Shown in pieces: positions 43,924 to 52,902 of a stretch of DNA of 62,783 nucleotides. The position numbers and the translations under genes are program-made. A model generated the notes under the pieces. It was not told the origin of the DNA. It ran no database searches and worked only from the letters and a program-made list of their open reading frames with translations. Within the stretch, counting starts at the first letter, position 1. Each line of letters starts with the position of its first letter. The DNA is from Chthoniobacteraceae bacterium (lineage in GTDB: Bacteria; Verrucomicrobiota; Verrucomicrobiia; Chthoniobacterales; Chthoniobacteraceae), in contig JBBCKI010000032.1 of assembly GCA_037190965.1 (NCBI GenBank), positions 1 to 62,783 on the forward strand, written 5' to 3'.

Positions 43924-45588
43924 TCAACCCGCCAACAGTTCCCGGGCGTGCGCGAGGGCGGAATCACTCTTGCCGCCGAGCATTCGGGCGATTTCCCCGG
44001 CGCGGTCTTCTCCCGAGACTTCGGTGAGCCGGGAAACCGTCCGGTTATCCTTGAATTCTTTGCTGACGACGAATTGCGCGGCGGCGGCGGCGGCCACCTG
44101 CGGGAGGTGAGTGATGCAGAGCACCTGATGGCGGCTGCCGAGGGAACGCATTTTCGCCCCTACGGTATGGGCGATTTCGCCCCCGACGTTGGCGTCGATT
44201 TCGTCGAAAACGAGCAGGGCGATGTTGTCCTGCCCCGCGAGGGACGACTTAACCGCGAGCATGACGCGCGAAATTTCGCCGCTGGAGGCGATCGCCTTGA
44301 GAGGTTTGGCCGGTTCGCCCGGGTTGGGGGCGAAGAGAAACTCCGTGCTTTCGAGCCCATGGGGGCCCGGCTTCTCAAATTCGCAAAGGGCAATCTCAAA
44401 TTCGCTTTTCTTGAAACCGAGATCGCGAAGTTGCTTGCGGACATCCGCTGCCAGCTTCGGGGCGCCTCCGGCGCGTTTGGCGGAAAGCTCTTTCCCCTTT
44501 TTCAGAAGGGCGCACCGGGCGGCCTCGATCTCTCCCGCGAGTCTTTCGAGTTCTTCCCCGCGCGACTCGATCTTACGCAGTCTTTCCGCGGCCTGATCGC
44601 CGAAAGCGATGACCTCTTCGAGCCCCGGGCCGTACTTCCGTTTGAGCGTTTCGAGCAGCGTGACCCGTTCCTCCATTTCGGCAAGCTGGGCCGGATCGAG
44701 ATCGAGCCGGTCGGCATAGCGTTGCATCCCTTGGGCCAGGTCTTCGAGTTCCGAGAGCGCGCCGACGTGCCGTTGGGCGTACTCGGCGGTGGCGGGGTCG
44801 AGTTTCTCCAACTCCCGGAAGAGACGGGTCAACTCGCCGAGGCCGGGCAGGATCGCGTCATCGGCTTCCTGCAGCCGCGTGGTGATCTGGACGGAAAGCT
44901 CGATCAATCTGCGGCTGTTGCCCGCGACCTGGTAGCGGCCCATCAGTTCGGCTTCCTCATCGGCGCGAAGCTCGGCGGCCTCGATTTCCTGAACCTGATG
45001 GCGGAGGAGATCGAGTTCCCGCTCCAGAGCGGCTTCGCTGCTCGAAAGCGTTTCGTGCTCCGTGACAAGGGCGTTGAGGTTGCGGTAAAGCGTCTCGTAA
45101 TCCCGGCGAAGCGTCCCCGCCCCCGCGAAGGCGTCGAGAAGATCGAGCTGTTTTTCCACCGAGAGAAGCGATTGGTGATCGTGCGGCCCGTGGAGGTCGA
45201 TCAGCGAATCGCCCAGTTCCCGGAGCACGGCGAGCGTGGTGGGGCTGGCGTTGATGAACTGGCGGTTGGTGCCCGTGTGGGCGAAGGTACGTTTAATGAT
45301 GAGTTCCCCGCCTTCGCACGGTTCGACCCCCTGCTCTTCCAGCCATCCATTGAGCGCGGCGGTGTCGGCGAGGTCGAAGACGGCCTCCACGGTGCAGGCG
45401 TCCGCGCCGGTGCGGATAAGCGTTTTATCCGCGCGTTCGCCGAGGATGAGTTTCAACGCGCCGAGGATGATCGATTTGCCGGAGCCGGTCTCGCCGGTCA
45501 CGGCGATGAAACCGCCGCCGAGACGCCATTCCAGTTCCTCGACGAGCGCGAGGTTTCGAATGCGCAGGGAAGTGAGCGTTGCGGGCAC
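43924..45588 (-). CDS. recN: DNA repair protein RecN
   Basis: TGETGSGKS, DLHGPHDH, coiled coil, ASSGEISRVML, FDEIDANVGG, ITHLPQVAA. Confidence 0.97.
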   Translation of the reverse strand: MPATLTSLRIRNLALVEELEWRLGGGFIAVTGETGSGKSIILGALKLILGERADKTLIRTGADACTVEAVFDLADTAALNGWLEEQGVEPCEGGELIIKRTFAHTGTNRQFINASPTTLAVLRELGDSLIDLHGPHDHQSLLSVEKQLDLLDAFAGAGTLRRDYETLYRNLNALVTEHETLSSSEAALERELDLLRHQVQEIEAAELRADEEAELMGRYQVAGNSRRLIELSVQITTRLQEADDAILPGLGELTRLFRELEKLDPATAEYAQRHVGALSELEDLAQGMQRYADRLDLDPAQLAEMEERVTLLETLKRKYGPGLEEVIAFGDQAAERLRKIESRGEELERLAGEIEAARCALLKKGKELSAKRAGGAPKLAADVRKQLRDLGFKKSEFEIALCEFEKPGPHGLESTEFLFAPNPGEPAKPLKAIASSGEISRVMLAVKSSLAGQDNIALLVFDEIDANVGGEIAHTVGAKMRSLGSRHQVLCITHLPQVAAAAAAQFVVSKEFKDNRTVSRLTEVSGEDRAGEIARMLGGKSDSALAHARELLAG

Positions 45589-45642
45589 GGCTGGAGTATG
45601 TAGAGTGATCGCGTTTTTTCAATCATCCTCTCAAGCGTTATC

Positions 45643-46419
45643 ATGGCCGATTTTCAAATCACCTTTCTGGGTACGGGAACTTCTCAGGGAATTCCGATGA
45701 TCGGCTGTGACTGCCCGGTCTGCCAATCCCCGGATCCTCGCGACACCCGGTCCCGCTCCTCCATCTACGTGGAGACGCCGGAGGCAGCCCTGGTGGTCGA
45801 TACCGGCCCTGACTTTCGCGCCCAATGCCTGCGGGAGAATGTGCGGCGGCTCGACGCGGTGGTTTACACTCATTCGCACACCGACCATATCCTCGGCTTT
45901 GACGATCTTCGCTCGTTCTGTTTCGACCGTTCCATGCCCGTCTATGCCAGCCGGGAGACGATGGCGGATCTCGCCCGCGTCTTCATGTTTGCGTTTCATG
46001 CTCCCGAGCACATTCCGGGTTATGTGAAGCCGGATCCCAGGATCATCGAAGGGCCGTTCCAGATTGGCGAGACGACGCTCGTGCCGCTGCCTGCGGAGCA
46101 TGGCCGGGCCCATCTGTTCGGTTACCTGTTCAAGCGGAAAGGTCGTCTCCTTGCGGCCTACCTGAGCGACTGCAAGCGCGTCAGCGATACGGTGGTGAAG
46201 GAAATCCAGGGGGTGGATCTGCTGATCATCGACGCATTGCGGCATCGCCCCCACCCCACTCACATGAATATCGAAGAAGCCCTGACTCTGGCCGACCGGG
46301 TTCGGCCCGGGCAGACCTGGTTTACGCATCTCTGCCATGAACTGGGGCATGCGGAGACCGAGACCGGGCTTCCCTCGGAAGTCCGGATTGCCTACGATGG
46401 ACTTCGGTTGGAACTTTGA
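45643..46419 (+). CDS. Metallo-beta-lactamase-fold hydrolase (PhnP-like)
   Basis: LGTGTSQG.P..GC.C..C, DTGPD, THSHTDH, HLCH, AYDG. Confidence 0.92.
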   Translation: MADFQITFLGTGTSQGIPMIGCDCPVCQSPDPRDTRSRSSIYVETPEAALVVDTGPDFRAQCLRENVRRLDAVVYTHSHTDHILGFDDLRSFCFDRSMPVYASRETMADLARVFMFAFHAPEHIPGYVKPDPRIIEGPFQIGETTLVPLPAEHGRAHLFGYLFKRKGRLLAAYLSDCKRVSDTVVKEIQGVDLLIIDALRHRPHPTHMNIEEALTLADRVRPGQTWFTHLCHELGHAETETGLPSEVRIAYDGLRLEL

Positions 46420-46439
46420 GCCCTCACTCTCTTGCCACC

Positions 46440-48074
46440 ATGAAGTTTGCTGCAAAACTCCTGACCGTTCTGTCGATCCTGCCCATCGCTCTGACCGGAC
46501 CTCGGGCGGTAGCTCAAGGGAAGCAGAAGCAAACGAGCCCCGACGCGGCCGCAACGGTCGTGGTCTTCAACCAGAGCGATCCTGCCTCGGTAAGCCTTGC
46601 CGCCTCTTATGCCGAAAAGCGGGGAGTGCCTTACGATCACTTGGTCGGTCTTTCGTGCCCGGTGGACGAGACGATCAACCGCGCTACTTACAACGCTTCC
46701 ATCGCCGAACCGTTGCGGAAGATTTTTGCCGATCGCGGCTGGTGGCAGATGGAGCCTCACCCGGCTCGTTCCGGGGATCTGCGCGTCGTGGAGAGTTCCA
46801 TCCGGTATGTCGCGATCATGCGGGGAGTCCCGCTGAAGATCGCGCCGGAACCGCAGATGATCCCCGGCGATCACCCCGAGGCAGTCGCTTCTCCGCTCAA
46901 CCGCAATGAGGCTTCGGTGGACTCCGAACTGGCGCTGCTGGGACAGGGAAACCGGCAGGTCAGCGGGCCGCTGGAGAACCCGTATTTCCGCAGTCTCTCC
47001 CGGGCCCAGAAATCCGCTTTTCCCCCCGGCCTGCTGCTGGTCTGCCGGCTCGATGCGGCGGCGCAGCGGACCGTCCAACGGATGATCGACGATGCGGTGA
47101 TGGCGGAGAAAACGGGGCTGTGGGGATTTGCGTATATCGACTCCCGCCGGATCATGACGGGAGGGTTTGCGATGGGAGACGAGTGGCTGCGGTCCATCGT
47201 CAGCGCCACGCTTCGCAACGGGATCCCCGCCGTGCACGAAGACACGCCGGAGTTGTTCCCGGGAGGTTACCCGATGCGTCAGGCGGCTCTTTACTTCGGC
47301 TGGTACACGGAGAACGTGGCGGGGCCGTTCAGGAACCCCGGGTTCAGGTTTGTCCCCGGTGCGGTCGCCGTCCATATTCATTCCTTCAGCGCCTCGACGT
47401 TGCGCGATCCCCTCAAGAACTGGTGCGCTCCGCTGCTGGACCTTGGGGCGGCGGCGACGATCGGGAATGTTTACGAGCCGTATCTTCATCTCACCTCGCA
47501 CCTCGATGTCTTTGAAGACCGGCTCCGCAACGGTTTCAATTTTGCGGAGGCGGCCTATGCCTCGCAGCCGGCGCTGTCGTGGATGAGCACTTTCCTAGGG
47601 GACCCTCTCTATCGGCCTTTCAAGGTTCAGCGGGATGGGTCATTCCCAAAGACGGGCCGGGTGGCGGAATGGGCGGCTTACCGGGAGGGCGCGCAACTCT
47701 GGTTTTCCAAGAAGCGGGCCGCGGGCGAAGCAGCGCTCCAGGCCAAGGGTAACGCGCTCAAAAGCGGGGTCATCTTTGAAGGGCTGGCGAGCCTGCAAAT
47801 CTCGGTGCGCGATTCCGGCGCGGCGGTGCAATCTCTTTTGCAGGCGCGGCAACTTTACTCCGACGACGAGGACAAGGCGCGGTGCGCGTTGCACGCGGCC
47901 GGGATGCTCTTTAATAGCGGGAAAAAGGAGCAGGCTCTGGCGTTGGTTCGCGAACAGCTCGCGGCGGCACCTCATGGCGTGGCCGTTCCATTGTTGAAAA
48001 TGTTGGTCAGCCGGCTTTCGCCCCCTCCCCCGGCGGCTCCAGGCAAGCCGCCCACTAATGCCGCCTCGCGTTGA
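46440..48074 (+). CDS. TIGR03790-like exported protein
   Basis: Signal peptide, VVFN..S..LA..YA..RG.P, ASVDSEL, CRLD, YFGWY, GAVAVHIHSFSA, GNVYEPYL, GDPLYRPF. Confidence 0.8.
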   Translation: MKFAAKLLTVLSILPIALTGPRAVAQGKQKQTSPDAAATVVVFNQSDPASVSLAASYAEKRGVPYDHLVGLSCPVDETINRATYNASIAEPLRKIFADRGWWQMEPHPARSGDLRVVESSIRYVAIMRGVPLKIAPEPQMIPGDHPEAVASPLNRNEASVDSELALLGQGNRQVSGPLENPYFRSLSRAQKSAFPPGLLLVCRLDAAAQRTVQRMIDDAVMAEKTGLWGFAYIDSRRIMTGGFAMGDEWLRSIVSATLRNGIPAVHEDTPELFPGGYPMRQAALYFGWYTENVAGPFRNPGFRFVPGAVAVHIHSFSASTLRDPLKNWCAPLLDLGAAATIGNVYEPYLHLTSHLDVFEDRLRNGFNFAEAAYASQPALSWMSTFLGDPLYRPFKVQRDGSFPKTGRVAEWAAYREGAQLWFSKKRAAGEAALQAKGNALKSGVIFEGLASLQISVRDSGAAVQSLLQARQLYSDDEDKARCALHAAGMLFNSGKKEQALALVREQLAAAPHGVAVPLLKMLVSRLSPPPPAAPGKPPTNAASR

Positions 48075-48103
48075 CGAGCGGGTTGGTCGAACTGGAATTT
48101 TCG

Positions 48104-49513
48104 ATGAACCTTTCCGATCGCTACGCTAAGTGGCTGGAAGACGGTGGCCGCAGCCGGGTCTGCGAGACTCCGCCCCCAATGTCTCTTCAGGTGGCCCGGG
48201 AAATTCCCGAAGCCGAACTGCAAGCGCGCTGGTTCGCGGGAGAGTTCGGGCAAGAGTTCGTGACGATAGCCGGCGAGCCGGTGACCATCGTCAGTTTTGG
48301 CGAGTGGAACCGGGAGCCGGGCTCGGTATTCGCACAAGCACAGATTTCTTTTCGCGGAGAGCGCCCCGTGCGCGGCGGGATTGAAGTGCAGGCCGATCCC
48401 TGTGAATGGGAGCGTCGGATTAGCCCCGAATACGAAGAAACGCTGCTTCATGTTTTTGCAGGAGGGGGCGTCGGTGGCTTTGGTGGTATTAGGGGCGGCC
48501 GGAAGGCTTCCGCAGGCGCGAAGACCGCCGCAGGCCGGGTTGTCGCGCAGGTCGCCCTTGACGTGACGCCGTTGGAATTCGGTAAGACGGAGGGTTCCGG
48601 AAATTCAGCCTGCTGCGCGCCGTTATCCTCGCTTGGCGAGGAGGTTGTGGAGGAATTGCTGGAAGCGGCGGCGCAATATCGGCTTTGCCGCAAGGCGGCC
48701 CGGCTGGCGAGGCTTTGCAGGCAGTCGGGGGCCGGGGAAGGGCTTTACCAGGCGCTCGCGGAGACGCTTGGCTACCGGTATAACAAGCTTCCCTTCACCC
48801 TGTTGGCGCAACGCTTTCCCCTCGCCTTGTTGAGAAAGCGGATCGGCGAGATCGAGCCGCTCCTTTTTGCGGGCAGCGGGTTTCTTCCCTCCATGGATCT
48901 CGGCGCGATGCCCGATGATACCCGGGGTTACCTGCGCGACATCTGGGCCCGATGGTGGCCGCAGCGCACGGAATTTGAGCGGCTGAGTCTTCCCGCGTCG
49001 CTTTGGACCCTCGGGGGAGCGCGGCCCGTCAATCACCCGCAGCGGCGTGTGGCGGCCCTCGGCGAAATTGTCCGCAATTGGCCGATCATCGAGAGCCTTG
49101 CATCGTCATGCGATGTCGCCGCAATCAGGGGGTTTTTCGCCGGGCTGCGGCATGGCTATTGGGACGCGCATTACACCCTGACTTCACAACGTTCCCGTAC
49201 TCGGATGGCGTTGGTCGGGGAGACCCGCGTCACCGACATGCTCGCCAACGTTTTCTTCCCGGCGGCCATCGCCGCCGCGCCGCAGCGATGGAAGGTCTAC
49301 CGCAAACTTCCCGCTCTCGATTCCAATCAAAAACTGGAGGAGGCGGCCGGGCGGCTTTTTGGTCCGGCCCGGTCTCCGCAGGTGGACAAGCTTCTCAAAC
49401 AGGCCGTTTGTCAGCAGGGGCTTCTGCAGCTTTACGAAGACCATTGCCTGGATTGCGCGCTGGAGTGCGCCCGGTGCAGGCTTCCCGAGCGGCTTGAGCG
49501 GTGGCGGGGCTGA
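48104..49513 (+). CDS. DUF2851-like protein
   Basis: EAELQARW, G.WN.EPG, LAETLGY..NK.PF, RPVNHPQRR, QGLLQLY, C-terminal Cys cluster. Confidence 0.75.
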   Translation: MNLSDRYAKWLEDGGRSRVCETPPPMSLQVAREIPEAELQARWFAGEFGQEFVTIAGEPVTIVSFGEWNREPGSVFAQAQISFRGERPVRGGIEVQADPCEWERRISPEYEETLLHVFAGGGVGGFGGIRGGRKASAGAKTAAGRVVAQVALDVTPLEFGKTEGSGNSACCAPLSSLGEEVVEELLEAAAQYRLCRKAARLARLCRQSGAGEGLYQALAETLGYRYNKLPFTLLAQRFPLALLRKRIGEIEPLLFAGSGFLPSMDLGAMPDDTRGYLRDIWARWWPQRTEFERLSLPASLWTLGGARPVNHPQRRVAALGEIVRNWPIIESLASSCDVAAIRGFFAGLRHGYWDAHYTLTSQRSRTRMALVGETRVTDMLANVFFPAAIAAAPQRWKVYRKLPALDSNQKLEEAAGRLFGPARSPQVDKLLKQAVCQQGLLQLYEDHCLDCALECARCRLPERLERWRG

Positions 49514-49591
49514 GCCGCGTTACTGCGTTAAACCCGAGTTGTTCGCCGGTGAGCAACACGCTCGATGAAGAAGACATCGCTTGGAGTAGCC

Positions 49592-49753
49592 GGTGCGGCA
49601 GCACCGGTAGCCCGCTCGCGCCGTCGAGCGCGGGATCGACTCCTTGGCTTCATGAGGGCCGCATCCCCAACAACAGGCAGCCCGTCCTGCGGGGATGGAC
49701 GTCAAACGCGGCTCGTAAACCCATCCCGCGCTCTCGGCGAGAGCGGGCTACCT
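49592..49753 (+). repeat. REPIN-like element family A
   Basis: Both arms and the CCCGTCCTGCGGGG core present. Confidence 0.95.
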
Positions 49754-49857
49754 TGCGAAAACAGAGAGGTTCTTTTCGCCATGATTTCCACCGCCCCTCC
49801 GGGCTGAAGAAAAGTTTCGCCCCTCGCCAGTCTAACCTGACGCAGTAATACTAAACT

Positions 49858-49906
49858 ATTTGCGGTTCAGATTGCCGCAAAGGATGCGACAGAATGAACC
49901 GCAAAT
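49858..49906. terminator. Long hairpin downstream of leuD (probable terminator/stabiliser)
   Basis: Perfect 12-bp inverted repeat ATTTGCGGTTCA/TGAACCGCAAAT, 22 bp past the leuD stop. Confidence 0.55.
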
Positions 49907-49928
49907 GCTCTAAATTCTCGGACCGGTG

Positions 49929-50474
49929 TTACGACTGTCCGATCATGCCGCTCTGGCGGGCGTAGTTGAAGAGCCCTCCGGCATCAATGACCGGGCGGAC
50001 GTCGCCCAGCGGCTTGAGGCTGTAGCAGGTGCCGTTGACCGTGAGCGTGTCGTTGTCGAAGTCGAGGGTGCCTTCGTCGCCCGTCTTGAGGATGTCGCAG
50101 AGCCGCTCGCCCGTGTCATAGGGATAGAGCTCGCCGGTGGCCACGCAGTTGCGGAAGTAGATACGGGCGAACGATTCGGCGACGACCGCCTTCACCCCGG
50201 CGGCTCCCATGGCGATGGGGGCGTGCTCGCGGGAAGATCCGCAACCGAAGTTGCGCCCGGCGATAACGATGGTGTACTCGGTCTTGAGTTCTCCCTCGCG
50301 CACGAACGGCTGGGGATAAAGATCGTTGGGCAGGCCGATCAGCGCGTAGCTGCCGAGCTTCTCGTACTCCTCGGCGATGGTCGGCACGAGGGTCAGGTAT
50401 TGCGCGGGGATGATCTGGTCGGTGTCGATGTTGTCGCGGACGACAAAAATTTTACTGGTGATCGTTTTGGCCAT
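49929..50474 (-). CDS. leuD: 3-isopropylmalate dehydratase small subunit
   Basis: DNIDTDQIIPA, GRNFGCGSSREHA, AESFARIYFRN, AGGL. Confidence 0.9.
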   Translation of the reverse strand: MAKTITSKIFVVRDNIDTDQIIPAQYLTLVPTIAEEYEKLGSYALIGLPNDLYPQPFVREGELKTEYTIVIAGRNFGCGSSREHAPIAMGAAGVKAVVAESFARIYFRNCVATGELYPYDTGERLCDILKTGDEGTLDFDNDTLTVNGTCYSLKPLGDVRPVIDAGGLFNYARQSGMIGQS

Positions 50475-50484
50475 GGGAATCGGG

Positions 50485-50913
50485 TTAAAGAGGTTGGATA
50501 TTTTCTCCGGCGCCCACGGGGAGCGCCGGTTCTTCAAGCATCTGGTCGAGCGGAACGACCTTGAGCCATTCGCTGTCGGCTGGGCTGTCGACCCGCAGCG
50601 GGATCGCGACCGACGGCTCCGGCGGCGCGGGTGCGAGCCGGTCGTTGGAGACGTACCCCTCCTCGCCCATTTGGGTGCGCACCAGGCTGAAGCCCGAGGA
50701 GCGCTTGACCAGCGTGACGACGACTCCCTTCTTCAGGTTCAAATCGGGCCCTTGCGCCTGGGCGGGCCCGTATTTGAAGAAGGGAGTGTGAGGGGCGGTG
50801 ATCGCGTAACGCTCGGTGGCTTCAGGCTGATCGGTCTGCGCGGCTTTCTTGCCCGGGGCGGCGCAACCGGCCAGGGCGAGTAACCAGAGACAGAATGGGA
50901 GCCTGAAACGCAC
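50485..50913 (-). CDS. SH3-domain lipoprotein
   Basis: Lipobox LAGC; LKKG..VTLV...GFSLV....GEEGYV SH3b-like pattern. Confidence 0.75.
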   Translation of the reverse strand: MRFRLPFCLWLLALAGCAAPGKKAAQTDQPEATERYAITAPHTPFFKYGPAQAQGPDLNLKKGVVVTLVKRSSGFSLVRTQMGEEGYVSNDRLAPAPPEPSVAIPLRVDSPADSEWLKVVPLDQMLEEPALPVGAGENIQPL

Positions 50914-50925
50914 GAGATCGTGTTT

Positions 50926-52296
50926 TTAGCTGATGAACTCGCGAGGGTCGGTGACGCGGCCGGTCAGCGCCGAGGCGGCGACGGTATAAGGGCTCGCGAG
51001 GAAGACCTGCGATTCCTTGTTGCCCATCCGGCCCGGGAAGTTGCGGTTGGTGGCGCTGATGCACTTCATCGGCGTGTTCATGCGGCCGAAGGTGTCAACC
51101 GGCCCGCCGAGGCAGGCGGCGCACGAGGCGTTTTCCGTCATGCGGACGCCCGCGCTCTCCAGGATGGACCAGACGCTCTGGCCTCCCCATACCGTTTCCT
51201 TGAGCTCGCGCACGACTTTCGTGGTGGCGGGAACGCCGAAGGTGTCGATCTTGACGGACTTGCCGCGAACAACTTCGGCAAACGCGAGGAAGTCGCTGGT
51301 CTTGCCGCCGGTGCAGGAGCCGATGTAAGCGCGGTCGAGCGAGACATTGCTCATCTCCTTGGCGAGCTTGCGGTTGCCCGGGTCCGGGTGGCAGGCGACG
51401 GTCGGTTCGAGCTTGGAGAGATCGAACACTTTGTCGTAGACGAACTTCTGGTCCGCATCGATTTCGGCGGGTTCGAAGGTGCTCTTGGTGCCGTTTTCCA
51501 GCACGCGTTCGTTGACGTAATCAATCGTCTTTTGGTCGCAAGGGAAGATGCCGTTTTTGCCGCCCGCTTCGATGGCCATGTTGGCAATCGTCATGCGGTC
51601 GTCCATGTTCATGGCGTAAACGCCGGAGCCTTCCCACTGCATCGCGCGGTAGGTCGCGCCGTCGAAGCCGATCTCGCCGATGACGTGGAGAATCACGTCC
51701 TTGGCCATCACCCCGGCGGGAAGCGCGTCTTCGAGGTAGAAGCGCATCGTCTCGGGGACTTTGACCAGCAGCTTGCCGGTGCCGAGGATGAAGCCCGCGT
51801 CGGTGTTGCCGATGCCGGTGGCGAACTGGTTGAAGGCGCCCGCCATACAGGTGTGCGAGTCGGTGCCGAAAAGGATTTCACCGGGGCGGGTGTGGCCCTT
51901 CCACGGGAGCGTGGTGTGGCAGACGCCGGTGTATTTGGAGCCGTACTGACGGGAGAGCTGGCCCTTCGAGGCGTCGAACTGCCAGTGGCCGTTGGGATCG
52001 TCGATGACGTCGTAGAAGTACTCCAGCCCCTGCTCTTTAACAAACTCGCGGAGGATGTCGACGTTGCGGTTCGACATGGAATCCGCCGTGAAAATGTAGT
52101 GGTCGGGAATGATGACCACCTTCTTTTTGTCCCATACCTTGGCGGATTTTCCGAACTCACGTTTGAATACGCCAATCGTGCCCGGGCCGCAGACGTCGTG
52201 AGTCATGAGGACGTCCACGTTGACCCACACGTTGTCGCCAGGCTGCACGTGCGCCTTTCCACTGGCGCGGGCAAGGATCTTCTCGGTCAAAGTCAT
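50926..52296 (-). CDS. leuC: 3-isopropylmalate dehydratase large subunit
   Basis: MTLTEKIL, HDVCGPG, PDH, GTDSHTC, YIGSCTGG, SCAACLG, TNRNFPGRMG. Confidence 0.9.
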   Translation of the reverse strand: MTLTEKILARASGKAHVQPGDNVWVNVDVLMTHDVCGPGTIGVFKREFGKSAKVWDKKKVVIIPDHYIFTADSMSNRNVDILREFVKEQGLEYFYDVIDDPNGHWQFDASKGQLSRQYGSKYTGVCHTTLPWKGHTRPGEILFGTDSHTCMAGAFNQFATGIGNTDAGFILGTGKLLVKVPETMRFYLEDALPAGVMAKDVILHVIGEIGFDGATYRAMQWEGSGVYAMNMDDRMTIANMAIEAGGKNGIFPCDQKTIDYVNERVLENGTKSTFEPAEIDADQKFVYDKVFDLSKLEPTVACHPDPGNRKLAKEMSNVSLDRAYIGSCTGGKTSDFLAFAEVVRGKSVKIDTFGVPATTKVVRELKETVWGGQSVWSILESAGVRMTENASCAACLGGPVDTFGRMNTPMKCISATNRNFPGRMGNKESQVFLASPYTVAASALTGRVTDPREFIS

Positions 52297-52426
52297 AGAG
52301 GATTTGACTATGACATCGCGGGCGGGCGAGGCAATCGCATTTTTGTGCCTCGGTTGAATGCCGAAGGTCTCTTTTTATACCGAAATTTGGTGCGGTGCTT
52401 CGACCATTTGTAATTTGACGAATTTT

Positions 52427-52442
52427 ACGATCTATAGATCGT
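52427..52442. promoter_or_regulatory. Perfect 16-bp palindrome upstream of leuC (candidate operator)
   Basis: ACGATCTA/TAGATCGT in an AT-rich region 130 bp upstream of the leuC start. Confidence 0.5.
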
Positions 52443-52591
52443 TGTTTCTCTTCCTCATTTTGGGCAGAATTCCTCTCAACGCGGCGAAGTCCAACGCGCC
52501 GCCCGAAGGCCCTGGGAAGCCAGACTGAGGCAACTCTTGATGATGGGAATCATTGGGAATTGTCTCAGTCTTGCTGAGGTTGCCTATCGCG

Positions 52592-52686
52592 GCCCGGAGG
52601 GCCGTCCGGAAATTAGCCGGTGGTGGAGCGAAGCGGAACCACCGGAACCCACCGCCCTGCCAAATCCGCCCCGGAGGGGCGGTGGA
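52592..52686 (+). repeat. Family-B palindromic repeat
   Basis: GCCCGGAGGGC, CCGGTGGT..ACCACCGG and CCGCCCC-GGA-GGGGCGG hairpins; fragments recur at 19520 and 49787. Confidence 0.75.
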
Positions 52687-52731
52687 TCACAGAAACCGCA
52701 GCCCGTTTGGTATTGATGGGGAAATCGGCGA

Positions 52732-52897
52732 AGGTAGCCCGCTCGCGCCGCGAGCGCGGGAAAGGGCGTGGTAGCGCGTTTTGCATTCATCCCCGCCGGA
52801 AACGGACTGCTCCTTGTTGGGATGTGGAGTGGATGGGGGCCACGGGAGCCGATACCCGCGCTCGACGGCGCGAGCGGGCTACCGGTGCTCCCGCACC
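52732..52897 (-). repeat. REPIN-like element family A (diverged core)
   Basis: Both arms present; begins 5 nt after the alaS stop on the minus strand. Confidence 0.92.
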
Positions 52898-52902
52898 ATT
52901 GG

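Noticed and set aside
52297..52590. Leucine attenuator leader peptide for leuC
   Set aside because: No short Leu-codon-run ORF with terminator was found on the minus strand.
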